In this document: in pieces, positions 40,001 through 46,316 of the stretch
Layout: every line of letters begins with the position of its first letter
How positions within the stretch are numbered: the stretch's first letter is position 1
Assembly (NCBI GenBank): GCA_039939375.1
Contig: JBDVJO010000005.1
Span: forward strand, 55,715-119,714
Direction: 5' to 3'
Source of the DNA: Crocinitomicaceae bacterium
GTDB taxonomy: Bacteria; Bacteroidota; Bacteroidia; Flavobacteriales_D; Crocinitomicaceae
Length of the DNA: 64,000 bases
Notes under the pieces: generated by a model
Told to the model about the DNA's origin: nothing
Seen by the model: only the letters and a program-made list of their open reading frames with translations
Databases searched by the model: none
Made by a program: the position numbers and the translations under genes

Positions 40001-41349
40001 CAGATGATTTTAATGGAGACGCAACTTGGATTCAGACAGGGACAGGTGCGTTACAACCTTCAAGAAATAATACCGACACATACGCTGGTGATATCAATGT
40101 CAACACAGTAGATGCGTTGTACTTTGGTTTAGGAGGGAATGGTAGGGTTTTAATGGATGGAACAACTGCTCAGTCATGGAATGATTTAGGCGCATCTCCC
40201 CTAACCCTAACAAGAGATTTCCAAGTAAATAAAGCTTCAGAACATGTGACAATGAACATGCCTTTAGAAATCACAGTTGAATTGGATTTAGATCAAGGAA
40301 TCGTAAATACTACAAGTACTAATTTGATTACCATGAGAGATAATTCTACTGTATCTTCAGTTTCTAATGCGTCTCACATTGATGGACCAATAGAAAAGAT
40401 AGGTAATGATGCTTTTGTTTTCCCGGTTGGAGATAGTAGTTTATATCGTCCAATTTCCATCTCAAATCCATCAAGTGGGTCAGCAAGATTCAGAGCTGAA
40501 TATGTAAATGACGACCCGCATCCAACTTATGACCATTTATCAAAAGACCCTAGTATTCATCACATCTCAAGTTGTGAGCATTGGTTTTTAGACCGCATTG
40601 CATCCACTAATAATGTATTTGTAACACTAAGTTTTGACAATGTAATCAGTTGTGGAGTGGATGATTTAAGTGAATTGCTGGTCGCAAGATGGGATGGTAC
40701 TACTTGGAAAGATCACGGACAATCTTCAACAACAGGAACAACTGCATCAGGTACAGTAACTTCTTTAGCAGCAGTAACGAACTTTAGTCCGTTCACTCTT
40801 GCCTCAACAACTGGCAACAATCCATTACCGGTTGAATTACTAGACTTTACCGCAACCTTAAACAAAGACGTTGTAAACTTAGATTGGTCAACTTCTTCTG
40901 AAACTGATAATGATTACTTTAACCTAGAAAAAAGCGCTGACGGTATCACCTGGGAAACTATTGCGAAAATTGATGGGGCCGGAACGTCAACAACGTTAAC
41001 GAATTATGCTTACCCTGATAAATACCCATATTTAGGCATCAATTATTATCGACTTAAGCAAGTAGACTTCAATGGTGAGTATGAGTACTCTCCACTCCAA
41101 TCAGTAAACTATGAATTAGGAACTTCAGATGATTTAAGCATTTACCCTAACCCAACAAACGATATCGTTTATATTTTAGGAGATGCGAATAAACTAGAAA
41201 CGATTGAAATTTACAATGCACTTGGACAAAAAGTCAATTCAAGTATTATTGTAAGTGGCCAGAAAGCCACTATTGATCTGAGTCATTATGAAGCAGGTGT
41301 ATATTACCTGAAAACTCCTTATTCAATAGATAAAATCATTAAGCAATAA
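34030..41349 (+). CDS. Giant (about 2440 aa) T9SS cargo protein made of roughly six 300-aa Gly/Asn/Thr-rich repeats (beta-helix-like) and a C-terminal Por sorting domain
   Basis: ATG at 34030 (MRNLLFVFALTFTIISHSA signal peptide); the ORF-track start at 34018 is a TTG. Repeated block ...TGTLAAxKTITIGGGGFVxGDLxFRNFTQVGPTAQxLTCTGTARIYNYDSNWGGDITFxAPR... recurs about every 300 aa. C-terminal ...LSIYPNPTNDIVYILGD...GVYYLKTPYSIDKIIKQ (CTD). Confidence 0.8.
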   Translation: MRNLLFVFALTFTIISHSADRYWIAAGASNWNNTANWSTTSGGAGGASVPGAADVAIFNANGNGNCNLDIPTATLGGMTVNGYTAIIDLNGNTISVTSGNVTLTTGTINDGPNLGVFSLNTTGTTRFNGATIGAAINGSSGRVRLDGSVFNNTVNITKTGAGNDGGAGGNTFNSTVTLGNSSTDYLMTGNTNPDVFNGTLNISNTGSDLIYLAHNSAGNQFNANVNFESTGTSNGIRIAQSAGATATLATGQTFNTYGGGYTSGDLRIYNTTQASATGQNLTLTGTARLYMVSTTWNGNVNFSSARIYTQDCIYNGTAVLSKTGASDDASPGGNTFTQDLTINNSGSGYFMTCNGNPDTYSGNVSITNSGTDLVYFADNAAGISVAGNVDISNTGAATGIRVARLVGSTVTVGGNLTLTDDGTADHANYLANNGTLTITGNLIVTNNCSATSTNHYVSNGTTAQITVNGTSDFINNGTGATSQRYWIGDQGTATFNGDVTAQNNSSATNSEIFFHRTATGIVNFNENIIIESTVANSDGVSFGESAGTGTLAAGKTITIGVGGFVSGDLYLRNFTQVGATAQSLSPTGTTIMHIRDSNWGGDVSFTSPRINTRETVYSGTVYIEKTGSTNDNSAGGNTFVGNTTLVNSSDGQLGMGNGNPDDFQSDLIVNNSGSYRFEMAMNSAGNTIGGDFTLSNSGTSTVVVICNNAASTLDVTGNTIINNTTSAANSSIYIGNAGDVVLNGDFSYNMTPTGATHNSYIANGADSEVTIGGITTLNNDGAGATTQRIFFGNQGDIITNGDLTINNSSNATNSEVFVHYNTNSVAQFNENIILNCTGASSDGIRFGQANGTGTLAATKTITIGGGGFVSGDLRLDGFTQVGPTAQTLTATGTTRIIVVDSDWGGDIDFHAPRMVSTGTLYNGTGLLEKTGGIADDVSSGGNKFVGDFTLRNTGSEYIMFGNGTADTCLANLTLDNASSAQMYWANNSNGNIVNGDLVGTMSNTSTRLEICANVNSTIEVDGTATLTSTSAAASSTMIVGNSGDVTFNGDLSMTDNSTGAVSYTYLANATDASAIINGDFLIEKNPTGATETRAYIGNQGDVTFNGTFTANNNSGANNNHIYVHYSANSVGIFNENIVVTATDANSDGVSFGENGGSGTLAATKTVTIGGGGFVAGDLEFRNFTQIGPTAQNLTCTGTARIYNYDSNWGGDITFIAPRQLLRGTTFNLTSYIEKTGASNDQSLGGNTFVGDCELRHTGSDQLLFGNGVLDHWQANLLVNNFGSGRVLIANSGVGHLIEGTLDWNRTGNSSQNDILSNANGTTLAVNGNGTFVNSGTGGANLYIGNGGSITFGGDVDITHNTSVTATSSTRFADGANSVISVAGNLTLVNSGSNTTSDCYIANSGTVTISGTADITSSGSGTTNRIYVSNATGSSIVFGNTATVTNNSTATGNTQIYIGNQGAITTNGLYHLINNSGATNSGIYCNYNTNSVGTYNENITVQCTDANSDGIRFGEATGSGTLAATKTITVGVGGFVAGDLQFRNFTQVGPTAQALTCTGTARIYNYDSNWGGDITFVAPRQITRGTTYQGTSYIEKTGATDDVSVGGNTFEGDCQLVNNGTDYLLMGNSFPDVWNGDLDATNNSTDNMYIANNALGNTIAGNLTWVHTGNSTNSYISNSANADLTVSGTASFTNTSSGVGSVYIGNSGDATFNASVTAVNNPSTAGTSQIRIAEATSSQVIIDGATILNNIGSATTSQIVVGNNGDADFNSTLDVTNAGSGTTSQVYIGNSANAVINVAGNATLDQSGGITTTRIYAGNNANVTWNGDLAITNSSSSTNSDVRMNYSGSAISAYNGNITVTSEDANCDGVRFGQNGGTGTLAAGQTVAVGGGGFIAGDLRFRNWTQLGASAQNVVCTGTARIYQHDAIWNADANFEAPRYYTNGSTYEGLTTIEKNGASNDDSPGGNTFNSDVSITNSGSGRLRMSQTNGTPDDFNGDATWIQTGTGALQPSRNNTDTYAGDINVNTVDALYFGLGGNGRVLMDGTTAQSWNDLGASPLTLTRDFQVNKASEHVTMNMPLEITVELDLDQGIVNTTSTNLITMRDNSTVSSVSNASHIDGPIEKIGNDAFVFPVGDSSLYRPISISNPSSGSARFRAEYVNDDPHPTYDHLSKDPSIHHISSCEHWFLDRIASTNNVFVTLSFDNVISCGVDDLSELLVARWDGTTWKDHGQSSTTGTTASGTVTSLAAVTNFSPFTLASTTGNNPLPVELLDFTATLNKDVVNLDWSTSSETDNDYFNLEKSADGITWETIAKIDGAGTSTTLTNYAYPDKYPYLGINYYRLKQVDFNGEYEYSPLQSVNYELGTSDDLSIYPNPTNDIVYILGDANKLETIEIYNALGQKVNSSIIVSGQKATIDLSHYEAGVYYLKTPYSIDKIIKQ
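34560..40100 (+). repeat. Intragenic long tandem repeats (period about 910-1090 bp, about six units) within the giant gene
   Basis: Homologous DNA blocks begin near 34790, 35700, 36610, 37535, 38625 and 39690, e.g. ttggaggcgg(t/a)gg(a/c)tt(t/c)gt... Confidence 0.6.
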
Positions 41350-41350
41350 A

Positions 41351-41380
41351 AAAAGGGCTTGGAATTATCCAAGCCCTTTT
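41351..41380. terminator. Bidirectional rho-independent terminator between convergent genes
   Basis: AAAAGGGCTTGGA-atta-TCCAAGCCCTTTT, a perfect 13-bp stem with A-tracts on both sides. Confidence 0.75.
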
Positions 41381-41398
41381 CATTTATTAAAATCTTAA

Positions 41399-42400
41399 TT
41401 AGTGGTTTACAAACTTCACTGTCTTTGTAAAACCAGTTTCTGTTTGAACAGAAACAAAATAAATTCCTTTTTGCAATCCAGAAAAATCAAAACTTGTTCC
41501 GTTTTTCTCTGCTGTTATTTGCTGACCAGATAAGTTATAGATTGTTAAATTGTAGTTTAATCCAGTTGAAATAATTTCAATGTTTGAATTGGTCATTACA
41601 AACTGAAAAGCATCTGCTTCATCAATTCCTGAAGGAGCAGTTACTACCACTTGAACTTCATTAGAGTTCATTGGTGTTCCGCTAAATGTACTTTCGCAAA
41701 TCACGTAATACGTTCCAGCTGATGCAAAATTAGGAGTGTAAGAAGTACCCGTTTCTGCCGGAGAAAAAGGCATATATCCTGAACCTGAAGTTGTTGAATA
41801 CATCCATTCTCTAGAATCTGCTGCTGAAGGAGATTCAGAAGCAGTTAAAGTTGTTCCGTTTGCACCTTCTAATATATTTTGCGTAGTTGTTGGTGCTATC
41901 GAAACTGAAGATCCAGAATTCAATACGGCATCAATTTTAAAGTTATTCAGTTGCAAAGAAGATGGAGACCCCCATGTTCCTACTACCTTTATTTTAAGGT
42001 AAAATGTAGATGTTACTGGATCATGTGTTGGAATAATTAAAGTTTGATTTACGAATCCAGTACCATGAGTCTGTGAACCAATTTGAGTATAAGAAACGTT
42101 ATCCGTGCTATACTCAACAGAAACGGTTGAATTCGCACAAGTTGCGCTCAAATAAATATCAATATCATTTGAGTTAATTGTAAATTGTCTATAAGTCTCA
42201 ACAGAATAAGCTTGACCGTTGGTTCCGCTAAACGTATAAATATCGGCACCATTCACGCTACTGGCATTAACACCTGTTTCTATTGGTGTGGACCATCCTG
42301 TCCATGGATCTCCGTATGTTTGACCAGTTGTGTATTCTGTGGTTTGCGCAAAGGACATTCCTAAAAAGCAAACACTTAAAAAAGTAAAAATTTTCTTCAT
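41399..42400 (-). CDS. T9SS C-terminal sorting domain-containing secreted protein (hypothetical)
   Basis: The start was taken at the internal ATG 42398-42400 (MKKIFTFLSVCFLGMSFAQ signal peptide) rather than the track start at 42466. C-terminal ...LQKGIYFVSVQTETGFTKTVKFVNH CTD. Confidence 0.65.
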   Translation of the reverse strand: MKKIFTFLSVCFLGMSFAQTTEYTTGQTYGDPWTGWSTPIETGVNASSVNGADIYTFSGTNGQAYSVETYRQFTINSNDIDIYLSATCANSTVSVEYSTDNVSYTQIGSQTHGTGFVNQTLIIPTHDPVTSTFYLKIKVVGTWGSPSSLQLNNFKIDAVLNSGSSVSIAPTTTQNILEGANGTTLTASESPSAADSREWMYSTTSGSGYMPFSPAETGTSYTPNFASAGTYYVICESTFSGTPMNSNEVQVVVTAPSGIDEADAFQFVMTNSNIEIISTGLNYNLTIYNLSGQQITAEKNGTSFDFSGLQKGIYFVSVQTETGFTKTVKFVNH

Positions 42401-42506
42401 AGCTGTTTTTTTGTTTTCCCCTAAGATAATCAAACGAAATGAAGTTGAAATAAAATAAACTTTCAATTATTTTTGAAAGTTCTAAAAATAGTTATACATT
42501 TGAAAT

Positions 42507-43013
42507 ATGAAATTGCAAGAAGCGAAAATGGAATTTATACAAACATGGGGCTCAATAGGGAGTGCTTGGGGGATTCCGCGTTCAATGGCGCAAATTCATG
42601 CATTGCTTTTATCAAGTAAAGAAGCCATGAGCACCGAAGAAGTTATGGAAATGATAAAGATTTCTAGAGGAAATGTTAACATTAACATGCGTGAATTGAT
42701 AAACTGGAATCTGGTAGCAAAGCAAAACAAATTGGGAGAACGAAAAGAGTTTTTCACGGCCAATCATGATATCATGACCATGGCTCAAAACATTGTTCAG
42801 GAACGTAAAAAAAGAGAATTACAGCCGGTATTAGAGTTGTTAGACCGACTAAAATCAGATAAAATTGAGGGAAGCGAAGCGGAAGTTGAGCACTTTCAAA
42901 AATTAATGACAGAGTTAGAAGATTTTATTAAACAGCTAGATCAACTATCTGAAATCTGGTTAAAACTTAAAGACAATTTCTTCTTTAAAAAGATGATTAA
43001 AACAGTGAGCTAA
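42507..43013 (+). CDS. Winged-helix transcriptional regulator (MarR/GbsR-like)
   Basis: 168 aa. HTH-like GIPRSMAQIHALLLSSKEAMSTEEVMEMIKISRGNVNINMRELINWNLV, plus a coiled-coil C-terminus. Confidence 0.55.
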   Translation: MKLQEAKMEFIQTWGSIGSAWGIPRSMAQIHALLLSSKEAMSTEEVMEMIKISRGNVNINMRELINWNLVAKQNKLGERKEFFTANHDIMTMAQNIVQERKKRELQPVLELLDRLKSDKIEGSEAEVEHFQKLMTELEDFIKQLDQLSEIWLKLKDNFFFKKMIKTVS

Positions 43014-43056
43014 AAAAATTTAACCAAAACTTTCAATTATTTCTAAAACTTTAGTT

Positions 43057-43521
43057 ATGTTAAAAAATATAGAATATATCGAGATCAACAAAAGCAAAGT
43101 CATGCTAAGTACGTTATTTGTTCCACTAGCAGCACCTATTTTTCTAATTTTCTTAACGCTATTCAGAGACGCTGGAACGGACCATATTTTTTTTGGCGAA
43201 ATGGTCGGGGTCTTTTTCTTATCACTTTTATACGGGGTCATATTTTGGCTACCAACCATTATTGTCATTTTGCTTTTAGAGTTTGTCTTTATTAGAAAAT
43301 CTACAAATGAAACCGGCGTATGCATTGTTTTATTCATTGAAGGAGTCATTGCATTCGTCAGTATTTGGGGGCTATTTGGGTTTAGCTTTAGGCTAGATAT
43401 GGAGCTGCCTTTTGCATTAGGCTTAAGCATTATTCTACCTCAAATGTTCAGATGGATTTACCTAAAAAGAAGAAACCGCATGTTTAATTCTGCTAAAACG
43501 ACAACAATAGATCAACTATGA
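43057..43521 (+). CDS. Hypothetical four-TM membrane protein
   Basis: 154 aa, hydrophobic. Its stop overlaps the next gene's start (ATGA at 43518-43521). Confidence 0.45.
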   Translation: MLKNIEYIEINKSKVMLSTLFVPLAAPIFLIFLTLFRDAGTDHIFFGEMVGVFFLSLLYGVIFWLPTIIVILLLEFVFIRKSTNETGVCIVLFIEGVIAFVSIWGLFGFSFRLDMELPFALGLSIILPQMFRWIYLKRRNRMFNSAKTTTIDQL

Positions 43522-43889
43522 ATCTGAACATTCTGACATATGCGATTTTCTTTAGCGTAATTAGTTTTATTACGATTAAAGTAGGATGGGTGTTCTACAA
43601 AAACGGCGAACATTTCATCCATAATCTAATGCCAGAAGATCCGCATTTAGTGCAATCTATCAATAAGTTAATGTTGGTTGGATATTATTTACTCAACATT
43701 GGCTATGCCGCAGTTATTTTATCCATGTGGGAAACCATCACTACGATAGAACAAATGATTAGAGTGCTTTCTGAAAAATCTGGTATTATAATTATTGGTC
43801 TTGGCCTCATGCACTTTTTCAACCTATTGTGGTTAAACCTCATACCTAAAATTAAAAAGTCACTTAAAATAAGTAAAACTAAAATCTAG
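43518..43889 (+). CDS. Hypothetical small membrane protein, paralog A
   Basis: 123 aa. Shares the pattern FKNG..F....NKL..VG.YLLN.G.A..IL....E.I..LS.K.G...I.LG.M...NL with the next gene. Confidence 0.5.
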   Translation: MNLNILTYAIFFSVISFITIKVGWVFYKNGEHFIHNLMPEDPHLVQSINKLMLVGYYLLNIGYAAVILSMWETITTIEQMIRVLSEKSGIIIIGLGLMHFFNLLWLNLIPKIKKSLKISKTKI

Positions 43890-43893
43890 AATT

Positions 43894-44316
43894 ATGGAAA
43901 ATCAAATGATTATCACCGCCTATCTTATCTACTTACCCATTGCTATTACACTTACGCTATTCGTTGCCAGAATCTTATTTAAAAATGGTAAAGTGTTTAT
44001 GTTGGATATCTTCAGAGGAAGAACAGAAATAGCTTTTGCTACCAATAAATTATTTGAAGTTGGTTTCTATCTATTGAATGTTGGATTTGCCCTTCTAATT
44101 TTAAGAATCAGTGGATTTTTAACCGGACCTCAAGAGGTTATTGAAATATTGAGTTTAAAACTAGGAGGATTCTCAATTTATCTCGGATTTATGCTCCTTT
44201 TAAATCTATTCTTCTTTTTCAGAGGTAAACGAAAAGCGAAAGAAATGAGCCAAAAAGAAGACTATATCAAATGGCGTAACCAAGGAAGATTGACCGCTAA
44301 TCCTAACAATGATTAA
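43894..44316 (+). CDS. Hypothetical small membrane protein, paralog B (tandem duplicate of 43518..43889)
   Basis: 140 aa. Same conserved pattern as the previous gene. Confidence 0.5.
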   Translation: MENQMIITAYLIYLPIAITLTLFVARILFKNGKVFMLDIFRGRTEIAFATNKLFEVGFYLLNVGFALLILRISGFLTGPQEVIEILSLKLGGFSIYLGFMLLLNLFFFFRGKRKAKEMSQKEDYIKWRNQGRLTANPNND

Positions 44317-44339
44317 GTATAAACTTAAACGCTAATGTT

Positions 44340-44822
44340 ATGAAAACAATAGTTTTAGAAACGACCGTAAACGCACCAATTCATAGGGTGTTTGACTTGG
44401 CTAGAAGTATTGACCTGCATCAAATTACAGCAAGCCATACAAATGAAAAAGCCGTAGCAGGCAGAACTCACGGGCTGATTAATGAATATGAAACAGTCAC
44501 TTGGAGAGCCAAACATTTAGGTATTGTTCAACACTTAACTTCGGTTATAACCAAAATGGAAGGGCCTTACTTTTTTGAAGACCAAATGCTAAAAGGACCC
44601 TTTAAGAAAATCTTACATAAACATTACTTTTGGTTGAAAAATGGCAAGACCGTGATGAAAGATGTGTTTGAATTTCAATCTCCAATGGGATGTATTGGAA
44701 GATTAATTGACAAACTTTACCTGAGCAAATACCTTGAACGATTTATTTTACAACGCAACATTAAAATCAAGGATTTTGCTGAAAACGAAGACAAATGGAT
44801 GCAAGTACTGAACATATACTAA
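44340..44822 (+). CDS. SRPBCC (START/Bet v1/polyketide-cyclase-like) family protein
   Basis: 160 aa. N-terminus resembles Polyketide_cyc2-type proteins (TVNAPIHRVFDLARSIDLH...). Confidence 0.6.
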   Translation: MKTIVLETTVNAPIHRVFDLARSIDLHQITASHTNEKAVAGRTHGLINEYETVTWRAKHLGIVQHLTSVITKMEGPYFFEDQMLKGPFKKILHKHYFWLKNGKTVMKDVFEFQSPMGCIGRLIDKLYLSKYLERFILQRNIKIKDFAENEDKWMQVLNIY

Positions 44823-45709
44823 TAGCTGGTGGATCGGGCTTTCTAGGTCAAGAACTGGCGACCTATTTCATTCAACAAGGCAAAGAAGTAAAGATCTTGT
44901 CTCGCCGCATAGAAAAGGATAAAGTTGGAACATTTGTGAAATGGGATGCCCAGAATTTGGGTGATTGGGTAGCTGAAATTGAATGGGCAGATGTGCTGAT
45001 TAATTTAACTGGGAAATCTGTCAACTGCAGATATACGGAGCAAGCGAAGCAAGAGATTTTATCTTCAAGAATAGAAAGCACACAAGTGCTTTGCAAAGCA
45101 CTTTCTCAAGCCACTAACCCACCCCATATCTGGATTAACTCCAGCAGTGCATCTACCTATATTCATTCTGAAAGCCAACAAATGACTGAAGATGAAGGAA
45201 TAATTGGTGACGATTTTAGCATGAATGTTTGCAAAGCCTGGGAAGCTGAATTTTTCAAATGCAACCTAAATCATACACGCCGAGTGGCCACAAGAACTTC
45301 AATCGTTCTAGGTAAATCTGGAGGAGCGTATCCCATTATGACGCGGTTAGTCAAATGCTTTTTAGGAGGACGCCAAGGCAACGGCCAACAATTTATCAGT
45401 TGGATTCATGTTGAAGATTTTTGCAGGGCCATGGATTTCATCATTGATAATCCTGCAATTGTAGGACCAGTAAATGTTACGAGCCCCACCCCTGTTCGAA
45501 ATTCAGAGTTTATGCGCCTTTTAAGAAAACGTCACAAGCGACCTTTTGGATTATCTCAATCTAGATCTTTACTTGAATTTGGAGCTAAAATCATAGGAAC
45601 TGAAACAGAGATGGTTATGAAAAGTAGAAACGTCATTCCTGAAAGGTTAACAGAAAATGATTTTTCTTTTAAATTTTCAAACTTAGACTTGACTTTTAAA
45701 TCATTATAA
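44795..45709 (+). CDS. TIGR01777/YfcH-like NAD-dependent epimerase/dehydratase-family protein (SDR fold with a DUF1731 C-terminus)
   Basis: 304 aa. N-terminal Rossmann motif ILIAGGSGFLG. Overlaps the SRPBCC gene by 28 nt. Confidence 0.7.
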   Translation: MDASTEHILIAGGSGFLGQELATYFIQQGKEVKILSRRIEKDKVGTFVKWDAQNLGDWVAEIEWADVLINLTGKSVNCRYTEQAKQEILSSRIESTQVLCKALSQATNPPHIWINSSSASTYIHSESQQMTEDEGIIGDDFSMNVCKAWEAEFFKCNLNHTRRVATRTSIVLGKSGGAYPIMTRLVKCFLGGRQGNGQQFISWIHVEDFCRAMDFIIDNPAIVGPVNVTSPTPVRNSEFMRLLRKRHKRPFGLSQSRSLLEFGAKIIGTETEMVMKSRNVIPERLTENDFSFKFSNLDLTFKSL

Positions 45710-45723
45710 TATAATTTAGGCGC

Positions 45724-45969
45724 ATGCCTTTCGATTCTTATATCGATTATACGAAATATCCTCGTTTCCACGCTAAGTCTCCTAACCAATGGTATGAGGA
45801 AGGATTTTTCTTTGCTGATGGCAAATTCTATTTTTATTATGACGATCGTCATGACAACAATTATGAAGTCAATGTAATTGCCGAATCTTTTACAGAGTTC
45901 GAAGAGTATTGCGAAGATGCTTCATTAGATATTCCAGATTCATTTTTAGACGCTATAGGCGAAGGATAG
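45724..45969 (+). CDS. Hypothetical small acidic cytoplasmic protein
   Basis: 81 aa, aromatic and acidic rich (FFFADGKFYFYYDDRHDNNYE). Confidence 0.4.
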   Translation: MPFDSYIDYTKYPRFHAKSPNQWYEEGFFFADGKFYFYYDDRHDNNYEVNVIAESFTEFEEYCEDASLDIPDSFLDAIGEG

Positions 45970-46316
45970 GGTTGATTCTTGGTTCTTGGTTCCATCCTTC
46001 ACTAAGTTACGGATGACAAGCTTGGTTCTTGGTTCTTATCCTGGTGGTATATTACCGCTGACCGAGCGGCTTGTGCTGACCGCGTGTTGCCTGAGCTTTA
46101 GCGGTGGCACAGCGCAGCCGAAGTAAGCCGAGGTGGAGGTTCTCATAGGTCTTGTCCTAGAGGTATATTACCGCTGACCGAGCGGAGCCGAGGTGGAGGT
46201 TATGTGACTCCCGCTCAGTGTAACTGCTTAAATTGGATATTCGCTTTTTATAAGCGAATTCCAATTACACTTCGACACCCGCTCAGTGTAAACTGCTTAA
46301 ATTGGATATTCGCTTT
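45970..46316. repeat. Intergenic repeat island: (TTCTTGG)2-3 at 45976-45994 and again at 46022-46035; a TCCATCCTTCACT module (45990-46002); REP-like GGTATATTACCGCTGACCGAGCGG at 46046-46069 and 46162-46185, each followed by GCCGAGGTGGAGGTT (46127-46141 and 46187-46201); and a 59-bp unit repeated in tandem (46210-46268 and 46278-46338) that contains the palindrome AATTGGATATTCGCTTTTTATAAGCGAATTCCAATT
   Basis: All modules were read directly from the sequence. The first REP-like copy carries a 57-bp internal insertion (46070-46126). CCGCT-gaccg-AGCGG can form a 5-bp stem. Confidence 0.8.

Noticed and set aside
43020-43430. 136-aa minus-strand ORF antisense to the 154-aa membrane-protein gene
   Set aside because: It is low-complexity, opposes the orientation of the surrounding operon, and overlaps a plus-strand ORF with a clean hydrophobic TM profile.
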